From Octopus sinensis (lineage: Eukaryota): 64,000 bases of DNA. The stretch spans positions 133,176,001 through 133,240,000 of the forward strand of contig NC_043001.1 in assembly GCF_006345805.1 (NCBI RefSeq), in the 5' to 3' direction. Positions 38,010 through 51,610 of the stretch are shown here, one piece after another. Numbering within the stretch: position 1 is the first letter of the stretch; each line of letters starts with the position of its first letter. A model generated the notes under the pieces. The model had not been told where the DNA came from and did not search any database. It worked only from the letters and a program-made list of their open reading frames with translations. Both the position numbers and the translations under genes were made by a program.

Positions 38010-38600
38010 CTCTTTTACTCTTTTATTTGTTTCAGTCATTTGACTGCGGCCATGCTGGAGCACCGCCTTTAGTCGAGCAAATCGACCCCAGGACGTATTC
38101 TTTGTAGGCCTATTACTTATTCTATCGGTCTCTTTTGCCGAACCGCTAAGTTACGGGGACGTAAACACGCCAGCATCGGTTGTCAAGCGATGTTGCGGGG
38201 GACAAACACAGACACACAAACATATACACACACACATACATATATATATACATATATACTACACTCACGGAGTGGTTGGCGTTAGGAAGGGCATCCAGCC
38301 GTAGAAACACTGCCAGATCTGACTGGGCCTGATGAAGCCTTCTGGCTTCACAGACCCCAGTTGAGCCGTCCAACCCATGCTAGCATGGAAAACGGATGCT
38401 AAATGATGATGATGATGATGATGATGATGATACGATGGGCTTCTTTCAGTTTCCGTCTACCAAATCCACTCACAAGGCTTTGGTCGGCCCGAGGCTATAG
38501 TAGAAGACACTTGCCCAAGGTGCCACGCAGTGGGACTGAACCCAGAACCATGTGGTTCGTAAGCAAGCTACTTACCGCACAGCCACTCCTATGCCTATAT
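38010..38600 (-). mobile_element. SINE family A split by an RTE family D tail (38260-38432, +)
   Basis: The 3' and 5' halves of the SINE flank the inserted tail at the internal microsatellite. Confidence 0.8.
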
Positions 38601-38834
38601 ATATATATATATATATATGCTCTCACATTCCCAATACCTACATTCTTCCCCCTTTAATAAACTTAACCCTTTAGCATTTAAACTGGCTTTATCCACCCAA
38701 AACATTCAGTCTGCTTTATGTTGAGACTGGCCAAATCTGGCCCCTCACACCTATCCAACAATGTCATTCTAAAAATAAATTGTCCTGTCATCAGAATCTT
38801 GAAGCTACAAGATATTTCAATGATTATGAATAAA

Positions 38835-39237
38835 GGCGCAGGAGTGGCTGTGTGGTAAGTAGCTTGCTAACAAACCACATGGTTCCGGGTTCAGTCCCAC
38901 TGCGTGGCATCTTGGGCAAGTGTCTTCTGCTATAGCCCCAGGCCGACCAATGCCTTGTGAGTGGATTTGGTAGGCAGAAACTGAAAGAAGCCTGTCGTAT
39001 ATATGTATATATATATATGTATTTGTGTGTCTGTGTTTGTTCCCTTAGCATTGCTTGACAACCGATGCTGTTGTGTTTACGTCCCCGTCACTTAGCGGTT
39101 CGGCAAAAAGAGACCGATAGAATAAGTACTGGGCTTACAAAGAATATGTCCCGGGGTCGATTTGATCGACTAAAGGCGGTGCTCCAGCATGGCCGCAGTC
39201 AATTGGCTGAAACGAGTAAAAGAGTAAAAGAGTAAAT
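38835..39237 (+). mobile_element. SINE family A, full length
   Basis: Head ggcgcaggagtggctgtgtgg; tail (GAGTAAAA)n. Confidence 0.9.
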
Positions 39238-39617
39238 AAGCATTTCATTTAACAGAATAATCTGAATGCTAAAGGGTTGAACACACTTTTTGCACTCACC
39301 TGTTGCTGATGACGAATTTCATTGGTCAATTGACAGAGCTGTTTCTAGCTACCATTCTGCTGTGTCTGAAGTTAATAGATTCTTACCTTGTCTCCTTGCA
39401 ACAATGACTTACACGCACAGGTAGTCCAACCTGAAGAAAAGCCAAGCTGTATGTATGTGTTACACCTTTGATGTACGTGAAGCATGTTCAGACTGGCTCG
39501 GAGACATATTTAGTACCAATTGGCCTTCTGCATTCTTTGCACCTTTTAATATATATGTATTTATCTATATCTTTATCTATCTATCTATCCATCTCTTGCT
39601 CTCTCCCTCTCACTCAC

Positions 39618-39688
<71 letters not shown>

Positions 39689-39918
39689 TGTGTGTGTGTG
39701 TATGTATATCTATGTATATATATATGTATATATATATGTATATATATATATGCATATATATATATGAATATATATATATGTATATATATTATACAAGATA
39801 AGTGTACATAAAGGAATGTACATAAAAAAGTACATAAAAAAGTAATGTTGTATAATAAGTAGAATATGTATAAAAGAGAATATAAATACAAGTAAATATA
39901 AATATAAGTATAAATTAG

Positions 39919-40045
39919 ATCTTACAGCTGTTTTGGCCATGTCGATAATTATGTCTCATTTTACCAATATTAACCCTTTATGGTTGGTCAATATATAGAT
40001 ATAAATGAGACATTAACAAAAATATCACAAGACCTCTTCGGAGAT
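39919..40045 (-). ncRNA. Hammerhead-like motif with long branched stem II, G12A
   Basis: AUCU-CCGAAGA-GGUC[~90 nt, containing an 11-bp stem augucucauuu/aaaugagacau]GGCC-AAAAC-AGCU-GUA-AGAU. Confidence 0.55.
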
Positions 40046-40279
40046 TATGTAATATAACTCAGTCTACATATATACCCACATGGGTGTGGGTGCGTACCCA
40101 CAATACAACATATATATATATATACATATGAGTGCATATACTCACACTCCTATACATATAAAAATATACACTTACATAATGATATAAATAAATAATATAA
40201 ATTAGTAAACATATATGTGTTCCACACTCAATGTTTCAGTTTTTCGACTTAATATTGTGATAATAAACATACACAAATT

Positions 40280-40478
40280 AATACCTAGATGCAAATATAC
40301 ATAGTCAATAGTACATTATATTACTTCATAATAGTTTCTAAAGTGTCATTAAAGTTAGTATCATTGATAACATTAATGGTATTGACAACGATAATGATAC
40401 TAACTTTAATGACACTTTAGAAACTATTATGAAGTAATATAATGTACTATTGACTATGTATATTTACATCTAGGTATT
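40280..40478. repeat. 86-bp near-perfect inverted repeat with 27-bp loop
   Basis: Arms 40280-40365 and 40393-40478 are complementary at 85/86 positions. Confidence 0.95.
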
Positions 40479-40759
40479 TTTATATTTAACCCTACAGTCT
40501 CTTATGTGGTGGTTTAATAAAGTATGTGATTGAGTATTATCTGGTAATTGATATTTGATTTAGATGTATTTCTCCATTTTCTTATCTTGTATTAGTAATT
40601 TGTGGTAAATCATTTTACCTTTGCCCATATAATACAGTAAATGAATTGATTGCATCGCAATCCTTAACATTTATGTATTAACTTTGTATATTGCAGTATA
40701 TTGGATATACGTTATCCCATAGAGGGTTGCATTTACAACCCCTATCTCAATTTGTATAT

Positions 40760-40927
40760 ATATTATATATATGTATTTATATATATATATGAATATATAT
40801 ATGTATATATATGAGTATATATATGTATTATATATGAATATATATATGTATATATATGAATATATATATGTATATATATTATATATATGTATATATATAT
40901 ATGTATATATATGTGTGTGCGTGTATA

Positions 40928-40969
<42 letters not shown>

Positions 40970-41335
40970 TATATATATATGTGTGTGAGTGTATATATGT
41001 GTGTGTATATATATATGTATAGATGTATGTATACATACATATATATATGTATGTATGTATGTATACATATATATATATATGTATGTATACATATATATAT
41101 ATGTATGTATATGTATGTATGTATATATATATATATATATGTATATGTATGTATATGTATGTATGTATATAATATATATATATATGTATATGTATGTATA
41201 TGTATGTATGTATATATATATATATATATATATGTATATGTATGTATATATATGTATGTATATGTATGTATATATATGTATGTATATGTATGTATATATA
41301 TGTATGTATATGTATGTATGTATGTATATATATAC

Positions 41336-41398
<63 letters not shown>

Positions 41399-41399
41399 A

Positions 41400-41440
<41 letters not shown>
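40760..41440. repeat. ~680-bp (TA)/(TATG) microsatellite array
   Basis: Directly visible; source of the YI-repeat ORFs. Confidence 0.95.
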
Positions 41441-41443
<3 letters not shown>

Positions 41444-41444
41444 C

Positions 41445-42282
41445 TTAACCAGCTATCTTGGTTGAAGGAACAATTCTGAAGATAGTAGACAAGTTTGTCT
41501 ACCTGGGCAGCACACTCAGCCGTTCTTGCTCCCTGGATGAGGAAATATCTTTCAGGTTGCAGAGAGCAACTAATTCCTTCCGGTTTCTTCAGTCTCATGT
41601 CTGGTCCCAACATGGCATCGCAAGGAGAACAAAAGTTACTGTGTACCGTGCTTGTGTACTGACGTCGCTTCTCTACTCATGTGAGACATGGACTCTGTAC
41701 AAACGTCAGGTAAGGGTCCTTGAACATTTTCATCAGAGATGTCTCAGACACATTCTCAATGTTGGCTGGACCTCAAAAATTCCAGACACACAGATCCTGA
41801 GGACAGCTGATATCTTGAGTATTGAGGCGATGGTACACAAACACCGGTTGCATTGGACTGGACACTTTATTAGAATGGAGGATAGAAGGATTCCTAAGCA
41901 GATGCTCTATGGAGAACTTATGAATGGAAGGAGACTCCGGCAGAAACCAAGGCTGCGATTTAAGGACTGTGTAAAGACACTGACTGGGAGAACAATGCCT
42001 GTCATCGTCACGGATGGAGGAAGCAGGTTAAGGAGGGGATCGACACTTTTGAGAGAGCACGTATCCAGCATGAAGAACTTAAGCGAGCTGCGCGAAAGCA
42101 CACGGCTCGTATAGTGAATGGGGAGAGCTTGGTCTGCAATGTTTGCAGTCATGTATGCTTCTCAAGAGCAGGGCTCATTAGCCACCAACGGAGCCGCAAA
42201 TGCAAAATATAAGCTAGTCCTAGAGTGCACAATGTTCCTGAAGTTCGGCAATTGTCTTCCTCGGTCACGAGTGGACGGCCAT
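41445..42282 (+). mobile_element. RTE-BovB-type LINE 3' fragment (second RTE family)
   Basis: FVYLGSTLS...[17 protein letters not shown]...RLHWTGH..RM.D.RIPKQMLYGEL, with a terminal CxxC..H zinc-finger remnant. Confidence 0.85.
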
Positions 42283-42484
42283 CATATATATATATATTAT
42301 ATATATATTATATATATATATATATATGTATGTATATATGTATGATATGTATGTATATTGTATGTATATGTATATATGTATGTATATATGTATATGTATG
42401 TATGTATGTATATGTATATATGTATGTATATATGTATGTATATGTATATATGTATGTATATATATATGTATGTTTGTATATGTA

Positions 42485-42528
<44 letters not shown>

Positions 42529-42529
<1 letters not shown>

Positions 42530-43890
42530 TAGCAGAGATACCCGGTGTTGCCCGTGTTACATGCAATTGAAGAATTTGACTTTTCTGTTATATTTTCTGT
42601 AATAAACTGGAATACCTGTTTCGAATTTCATCAAAATTGCAGATGAGGGTTATTTCCCTCTTTACACACCCTAACAAATTGTAATCATGCCACATGTATC
42701 CCATACTACTGATTTTTTATGCGCATATTCCAAAATTCCAGTCTTATTGAACCTGTTAAAAGGATTATGCTCCTGAAAATGAAGGTCATGGAGCTGTAAA
42801 ATATGAGAGTTAAGGCCCCTGTTGGGGGTGGGTGTCTTAATGTCAACCAGAGAAGTTGAATTGTTGAGAATCTTTTTAACTTGGGTCTTATATCTATTGT
42901 TTGAACTTCTTTGAAATAGTGAATATATGTTCACTGGGTTTGTAAAAGAGAGCAAAGCTACAGGAAACCAAAAGACAAATGATCACAATAAGCAGTCAGC
43001 TACCCTACCATAGTCGTTACCACTCTCAATGTAGGATTCCTCACAATCCAGGTGACAGGCACAGCAGTAAGATGCATGACAAATCTATAGCAATTGGAAG
43101 GGCATGACCCAACTGAAATAAACATTAACTGTGTGATGTGAGGGCTAAGGAGAAATGAAAGTGTCACCTCTAGAGTTTGCAAATGACCACTATACTGATA
43201 CCTAAGTGGACAGAATAAATTTACAATCTATAAATGTCTTTGAATAACCAGTCACTCATCTGGGAAGGCCTTGAAATCGATGTTACCATCTGGGGACTAT
43301 GTGTGACCCAGTGATAATAGAAAGACTGAAAGGAGGTCTGCGATCAAATAACTTTACTCAACACTTTGCAAGTAAATCAGTGGAGGCAAAGATGCCTCTC
43401 ATTTACTTGACAATTTATGCACCACATTGTAGAAATCACAATGTAAGTGTATGTCAAAGCAAACTGTTACACTGTTGTACCTTTGAATTAGAAATAATGC
43501 TCATCTTTTATGCTCGGGTGACCCTACAGCTTCCAAGAGTACTACTGTATTCGTCTTTGCTTAGATAAAATGACAAAATTGTGGGTGTTAAGTCCACATG
43601 GAGGGGTCTTTCTGACTTGTAAGAAGATTAAATTTCATAAATATTACTTCATATGTGTCTAATATCTATGGTTAACATTTCATCAACAGCAAAAATATAT
43701 GAATTGTCATGGGGGTTATGGCCCTTATGCATGGAATATAATTTCCAAATTTCATAAAGATCCATTCAGTACTTTTGACCTAGTTTTGGATCATGAAAGA
43801 AATGACTAAAATTTGGGAGTTAAAGCCCCCATCAGGGTGTTATATATATAGAGAGAGAGAGATAGATCGATAGATAAATAGATAGATAGA
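42529..43890 (-). mobile_element. Second non-autonomous Helitron family (~1.35 kb; 5' boundary in microsatellite)
   Basis: A|CTAGCAGAGATACCCGGTGTTGCCCG is a reversed Helitron 3' end with hairpin. Confidence 0.6.
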
Positions 43891-43904
43891 TACAGACACA
43901 CACA

Positions 43905-46900
43905 CATCATCATCATCATCATCATTATCATCGTTTAACGTCCGCTTTCCATGCTAGCATGGGTGGGATGGTTCAATGGGGTCTGGCAAGCCCGAAGGCG
44001 CACCAGGCCAGTCAGATCTGGCAGGGTTTCTACAGCTGGATGCCCTTCCTAACGCCAACCACTCCGAGAGTGTAGTGGGTGATTTTATGTGCCACCGACA
44101 CAGGTGCCAGACGAGGCTGGCAGACGGCCACGCTCGGATGGTGTTTTTTTTGTGCCACCGACACAGGTGGCCAGACGAGGCTGGCTGACGGCCACGCTCG
44201 GATGGTGTTTTCTTATGTGTCACCGACACAGGTGCCAGACGGGGTGGCGGACGGCCACGCTCGGATGGTGTTTGTTACGTGCCCTCAGCACGGAGGCCAG
44301 TCGTTGCGGTACTGGCTACGATCACGTTCGGATGGTTTTCTTATGTGCCACCGGCACTGGTACCACAAGGATACAAATTCCATTGATGTTCATCTATTTT
44401 GATTTGGTTCGATTGATTTGATTTGATTCGATTCGATTCTCAATTGCCTCAACAGGTCTTCACAAGTGTCACAAGAAGGAAGGTATGCACAGGTGGACTG
44501 ACTACGTCCCAGGTAGGGGCCACGGATTATGGCTTCACTAGTCTTGCCGGGTCTTCTCACGCACAGCATACTTCCATAGGTCTCGGTCTCTAGTCATTTC
44601 CATGGTGAGACCTAACGTCCGAAGGTCGTGCTTCACCACTTCGTCCCAGGTTTTCCTGGGTCTACCTCTTCCACGGGTTCCCTCAACTGCTAGGATTGGC
44701 ACTTTCTCACACACCTATCTTCATCCATTCTCGCCACATGACCATACCAGCGCAATCGTCCTCTCTTGCACAAAACAACTGATGCTTCTTAGGTACAACA
44801 TTTCTTTTAAAGGTACTAACGCTCTGTCGAGTAAGTACACTGACATTACAATCCATCGGAGCATACTGGCTTCGTTCCTCACAAGCTACGCATGTCCTCA
44901 GCAGTCACGGCCCATGTTTCACTGCCATGTAGCATAGCTGTTCGTACACATGCATCATACAGTCTGCCTTTTACTCTGAGCGAGAGGCCTTTAGTCACCA
45001 GCAGAGGTAAGAGCTCCCTAAACTTTGCCCAGGCTATTCTTATTCTAGCAGTTACACTTTCAGCGCACCCGCCCCCACTACTGACTTGGTCACCTAGATA
45101 GCGGAAGCTATCAACTACTTCTAGTTTTTCCCCCCGGAAAGTGACGGAAGTTGTTTTCTGCAGATTTTCGGAGGTCAATGCTCCAGAGCATCTGCCACAT
45201 ACAAAAACTATCTTCCCAGTTAGCCTACCTTGACATTGCTGCACCTCTTATGTGTCCATAGCTTACACTGGGTACATCTTATAGAGTTTCTACCTACACC
45301 TTTTCTACAGATCGAGCAGGGCCATCTTCCTGAGGATATTTGTGGATTTTCTAACTTTCTACTTATTAGTACTTTGGTTTTAGCTAGGTTGACTCTAAGG
45401 CCCCTCGATTCTAAACCCTCCTTCCACACCTGGAACTTCTCCTCCAGTTCTGATAGTGACTCAGCGATTAGAGCGAGGTCGTCAGCATAGAGGAGCTCCC
45501 AGGGGCAACCTGTCTTGAATTCCTCCACAATTGCCTGGAGGACTATGATAAATAGGAGGGGGCTGAGTACTGAACCCTGGTGGACCCCAACCTCTACCTT
45601 GAATTCTTCTGTGTACATGCTGCCAACTCTAACCTTACTTACGGCATCTCTGTACATGGCTTGCACAGCCCTCACAGCCATTCATCTATCCCTAGTTTCC
45701 TCATTGACCACCAGATGAAGGAACGGGGGACCCTATCAAAGGCTTTCTCCATGTCAACGAAAGCCAGGTACAGGGGCTTATCTTTGGTTAGGTATTTCTC
45801 CTGCAGCTGCCTTACCAGGAATATAGCATCAGTGGTGCTTTTCCCTGGGACAAACCCAAACTGCATCTCATCAAACTAACTCTCTCTCTAATTAGTTGGG
45901 CTATGACCCTCTCCGTAACCTTCATTACCTGATCCAACAGCTTGATACCTCTGTAATTATTTGTATCCAGGGCATCACCTTTACCTTTGTAGCAGTTGAC
46001 TAGTATGCTGCTACACCAGTCATTGGGTATGACTCCTTCGTGTATCACCTGGTTGACTATACGGGTGACTAGGTTATAGCCGACACTGCCAGATATTTTG
46101 AGCATCTCTGCAGTAATTCCTGATGGGCCTGGGGCTTTCCCTGTCTTCATGCTTCTAATTGCCTTAGCTACCACGGAACTATCAACTCGGATAGCTGGTC
46201 CCTCTGTTGGGTCAACATTCGGCAGACTCTCTTTATCCCATTCATTTTCTTTATTCAGCAACCTTTCATAGTGGCAATCCAAAACCCTCTCTTTGCATCC
46301 TCATTTAGCGCAGGTGAACCATCATCCATGCGAACACACTTCTCTCCTACCACATCACGATTCTCTCTCACACACTGTCTTGCAACACGAAATACTCAAG
46401 TCTTTCATCCTCACGGCTCAGAACATTGGCAAATTTTTTCTTATCCGCTTCCCCTCTGGCTAAATAAACCTGTCTCCTAGCTTCCCTTTTGGCTGTCTGA
46501 TACAATTCCCTGCTACCACCGTTCTTCCAGTCCTTCCAAGCCTGTCTCTTTTGTCTAATAGCCCTGTCAACCACAGTGTTCCACCACCATGTTACTCTGG
46601 GTCGAGATGGTACTTTGCTCCATCCACAGATCTGGTCAGTGGCTGTCAGCAGATTGTCCCGTAGGAATCTCCAGTTGTCTTCCACATTAAGTGAAGCTAT
46701 ATCCCCTTCTATTTCGTCAGAGGCTTCGAGTAGTATGTCTCTAAATCTCTGTCCATTTGCAGGATCTTAAGCTTCCAGACCCTTCTCCTCCAAGCTGGTC
46801 TTCTTCTGGGCAACCATTAGCTCGATCTCTGAAGTCGCTAAAATACTAATCTATGTTGGGGAGTACATTCTTCGCCTGGGAAGGTTTTGGCATTTATAAT

Positions 46901-47190
46901 CAGCCCTCTTTCCTTTTTCTGGCAAGGATGTAGTCAATCTGGCTGGTGTGTCTGCCAGAACGGTAGGTGACTAGGTGAGAGGTGGGTTTCTGAAGTGGGT
47001 ATTGCAGACCATAAGGTCATTTGCATCGCAGCAGAACTCCAGCAGCCTGGTTCCTTCCTCATTTCGAGAGCCAAAACCGTAGCCTCCATGGACGCCATGG
47101 AAGCCCCCGACATGTTCGTCCAACATGTCCATTGAAATCACCTGCCACGAAGAGAAGGTCACTGTCATTTGTCAATGAGGTAGTCCGCAA
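43905..47190 (-). mobile_element. Near-full-length frameshifted RTE family D LINE (endonuclease, RT, 3'UTR repeat, tail)
   Basis: ANDLMVCNTHF (EN); KAPGPSGITAEML; YRGIKLL; LAFVDMEKAFDRVP; GVHQGSVLSPLLF; LLYADDL; internal CxxC insert. Confidence 0.95.
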
Positions 47191-47244
47191 TAGGGTGTCA
47201 TAGAATTGGTCTTAAAGATAATTGATAGATACAACTATATATAT

Positions 47245-47299
<55 letters not shown>

Positions 47300-47306
<7 letters not shown>

Positions 47307-47585
47307 CCTTGTGAGTGAATTTGGTAAACGGAAACTGAAAGAAGCCCGTTGTATATATGTATATGTATATATATGTGTGTCTGTGTTTGTTCCCCCCAAC
47401 ATCGCTTGACAACCGATGGTGGTGTGTTTACATCCCCGTAACTTAGCGGTTCGGCAAAAGAGACCAATAGAATAAGTACTAGGCTTACAAAGAATAAGTC
47501 CTGGGGTCGATTTGCTTGACTAGCGGTGGTGCTCCAGCATGGCCACAGTAAAATGACTGAAACAAGTAAAAGAGTAAAAGAGAGA
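47300..47585 (+). mobile_element. SINE family A 3' portion
   Basis: Tail ccagcatggccacagtaaaatgactgaaacaagtaaaagag. Confidence 0.8.
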
Positions 47586-48115
47586 GAGTTGTTTTCTTAT
47601 GTTAGCCTGAGATATATACTTATTATAATCTGTTGATAATTGTATATCCATGGGTGAAAATGTTTTTGTCTATTAAATGTAATATTTTGTTGTTAATTGA
47701 CTATGTGCTATTTATAATGTTCAAGCATTAAATTTCAGTTCATTCAGCATTTTCCCTCATTTAGTACTTTTGCCCGTGTATATCAATCATAATAAACATG
47801 TCAAATGTACTTATTTTGTAGTAAAACTTTTCTTACAACAAAGTTCTATATCAGTAGGCCAAATATCAGTAAAAATGTATCAGAATGTTCCTGAAAAATG
47901 GCGGTTAATTTATTCATGAAATATATCAGATTACATTGTGTTTTATAGTATGTGAATATCAAAGGAGATGGGGGTCATGTTTAGACTTGTCAAAATATTT
48001 TATTATTATCAGAATATCATCTTATCACAAAACAAATAGCAGAAAACCCTGTTCAAATGATCTTGTATGTAAGTTTATCTTATTTTTTGCAGTCTACCAT
48101 ACACTTGCCGTACAC

Positions 48116-48539
48116 TTACTCTTTTACTCTTTTACTCTTTTACTTGTTTCAGTCATTTGACTGCGGCCATGCTGGAGCACCGCCTTTAATCGAGCAACTC
48201 GACCCCGGGACTTATTCTTTTGTAAGCCCAGTACTTATTCTATCGGTCTCTTTTGCCGAACCGCTAAGTAATGGGGACATAAATACACCAGCATCGGTTG
48301 TCAAGCAATGCTAGGGGGACAAACACAGACACACAAACACACACATGCATATATATATACACATATATATATATAGGACGGGCTTCTTTTCAGTTTCCGT
48401 CTACCAAATCCACTCACAAGGCATTGGTCGGCCCGAGGCTATAGAAGAAGACACTTGCCCAAGGTGCCACACAGTAGGACTGAACCCGGAACCATGTGGT
48501 TGGTAAGCAAGCTACTTACCACACAGCCACTCCTGCGCC
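48116..48539 (-). mobile_element. SINE family A, full length
   Basis: Reverse complement of the 63171 copy. Confidence 0.9.
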
Positions 48540-49142
48540 TATGTACATGTAGTACACGTATACATCCATAATGTATGAGTAGAAAATAAATGGCTCCAAA
48601 GTTTAAACCATCGTTCATCTTTATTGTCACAATGGTGATTATGACCCTACTTGCCTAGAATTCTACACGAAGCTGCAACATCCTTCCTAATGCCAACCAC
48701 TTTACAGAGTGTACTGGATGCTTTTTACATGGCACCAACACCTGTGCATTTTATGTGGCACCAGCACTAGTGTTTTTTACATGGCACCAGAACCAGTGCT
48801 TTTTAAGTGGCACCACTACTTTTTACATGGTACCAGCACCAACAAGGTTGCCAAGTACTGTGCAAGACAAGAAGCCCTCAACAGCGAGGTGGGGAGTAGT
48901 TTTGACGGGGTGTGGCTTTGTACCAAATGAAAAGTTTAAGGTATAGAGGGGGCAAGTTTATATTCTAAAAGTGGGGATAAAGGAATGCTAAGATTTTCAT
49001 TTTTTCATGTACAAAGGTTATGGGGTTTGTAAGATGATAGCACAACTATACAGTTTACAACAAATACTGTTTGAATCTTGCAAATAATGTTGCAGGATTT
49101 TTATGCCTTATATGATATACATATACATACATACATATATAT

Positions 49143-49580
49143 ATCATCATCATCATCATCACCATCATCATCATTTAGCGTCCGTTTTCCATGCTAGCGT
49201 GGGTTGGACGGTTCAACTGGGGTCTGTGAAGCCAGAAGGCTGCATCAGGCCCAGTCTGATCTGGCAGTGTTTCTACGGCTGGATGCCCTTCCTAACGCCA
49301 ACCACTCCGCGAGTGTAGTGGGTGCTTTTTACGTGCCACCCGCACAGGTGCCAGACGGAGCTAGCAAACGGCCACGAACGGATGGTGCTTTTATGTGCCA
49401 CCGGCATGGGGGCCAGGCGAGGCTGGCAACGGACACAAATGGATGGTGCTTTTACGTGCCACCGGTATGGAGGCCAGTCAGGGCGGCACTGGCAACGGCC
49501 ACGAACGGATGGTGCTTTTTATGTGCCACTGGCACAGGGGCCAGGCGAGGCTGGCAATGGCCACAAACGGATGATGCTTT
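49143..49580 (-). mobile_element. RTE family D tail with four repeat units
   Basis: (CAT)n tail and the conserved 3' block. Confidence 0.8.
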
Positions 49581-49584
49581 TACG

Positions 49585-49616
<32 letters not shown>

Positions 49617-50079
49617 CACATACACACACACATTGGTTATTGGAAATGAAGGATCACTCAAGCAATGTGAAGACAAGGAGATAAACATACATGCACTCAT
49701 AGTCACACATATACACACATACCTCTCTTTCTCTCTCACACACACACAGGTGAAGGCATGTGGCTTAATGGTTAAGGTGTTGCACTCACAATCTCAAGAT
49801 TGTGGCTTCAATTCCCAGACTGGCAGGGTTGTAGATACAATTGGTACCCAGTTTGACTTACGTGTTTAATTTCATTTATATTAAATTTAATCCATTGTGC
49901 ACTCTCCTATTCTTCACTTTATACTACGATAGTTATTTTACCAACCTCCATCTCTGAAATCATTATTTTCTTCCCCAGTTCTAAAATTATCATTAATGTG
50001 AACTTCATATAACAAATACCAGCTTCCACAATTCATTATATCACTCTACATTATGCTTCAAATTCCAGCTAACTAAGAA

Positions 50080-51610
50080 GATAGTTTTTGTGTGTGGCAA
50101 ATGCTCAGGGGCAATAAACACTGAAAATGTGCAGAGAACAACTTCTGCCACATTCCAGGGAGAAAAACTAGAAGTAGTTGATAGCTTTCGTTACGTAGGT
50201 GACCAAGTCAGTAGCGAATATGGATGCTCTGAGAGTGTAGCTGCTAGAATAAGAATAGCCTGGGCAAAGTTCAGAGACCTCCTACCTCTGCTGGTGACAA
50301 AGAGCCTCTCGCTCAGAGTGAAAGGTAGACTGTATGACGCATGTGTGTGAACAGCCTTCCTACATGGCAGTGAAACATGGGCTGTGACTGCTGAGGACAT
50401 GCGTAAACTTGCAAGTAATGAAGCTAGTATGCTCTGCTGGATGTGTAATGTCAGTGTGCATACATGACAGAGTGTAAGAGAAGAAGCATCAGATGTGGTG
50501 TGCGAAAGAGACAACTGTGCTGGTATGGTCATGTGTTGCATATAGATGAGGACAGTTGTGTAAAAAAGCACCACACTCTAACAGTAGAGGGAACCTGTGG
50601 AAGAGGTAGACCCTGGTAGACTTGGGATACGGTGGTGAAGCACAACCTTCAAATGTTGGGGCTCATGGAGGCGATGACAAGTGATCGATACCCTTGGAGA
50701 TATGCTGTGCTTGAGAAGAACCAGCAAGCCAAGTGAGATCATAACTGTGACTTATGCCAGTGCAGCATAACCGGCCCATTTAAGACTACCCTTCAATCAT
50801 TGGGTAATAAACTGCACTTGCAAAGACCTGTTGAGTCAAGTGAAGTCATTGTCATGGCCGATGACATTACTGCCTGATTGGCACCCATACCAGTGGTATG
50901 TAAAAAGCACCATTTGAGCGTGTTCGAATCCAGTACCACCTAACTAGTCCTGTGCCAGTGACACGTAAAAGGCACCATTCGAGTTTGGTCGATGCCAGTG
51001 CTGGCTGACTGGTCCCGTACCTTTTTTTTTTATTTGTGACCCCCTTCAGTCAGACACTGACCATGGGTTTGCACTTAGAGAGTTACCCTCTGAGGCACAA
51101 GTCTGGGCAAGGTTGTTTTATGGAAGACCAGCAGTCGCCCATGCATACCGGCCTCCCCTCTCCACGTCACCGATGTTGTCCAAGGGAAAGGCAAGGGCCG
51201 ATACAGCTTGGCACCTGTGACATCGCAACTCATTTCTACAGCTGAGTGAACTGGAGCAACGTGAAATAAAGTGTCTTGCTCAAGAACACAAGACGCAGCC
51301 CGGTCCGAGATTCGAGCTCACAACCTCACGATCGTAAGCTTGACGCTCTAACCACTGAGCCACGCACCTACCAGTGGCACATAAAAAGCACCATTTGAGT
51401 GTGATTGTAACAAGCACTATTCAAGCGTGCTGGTGGCATGTAAGAAGCACCCACTACACTCTGAGTGGTTGGTGTTAGGAAGGGCATCCAGCTGTAGAAA
51501 CTTTGCTAGATCAGATTGGAGCCTGGTGCAGCCTTCTGACTTGCCAGCCCTCAGTCAAACTGTCCAACCCATGCCAGCATGGAAAGAGAACATTAAACAA
51601 TGATGATAAT
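50080..51610 (+). mobile_element. RTE family D 3' fragment carrying a SINE B insertion (51036-51369, -)
   Basis: EKLEVVDSFRY.GDQ...GRLYDACV, then degenerate repeat units and tail. Confidence 0.8.

Noticed and set aside
40671-41613. Long ORFs of YI/CV/TH repeats here and at many other loci (6.3-7.2, 13.6-14.1, 25.2-25.8, 54, 56.5-57.3 kb)
   Set aside because: These are translations of (TA)n, (TG)n and (TATG)n microsatellites, with no coding signal.
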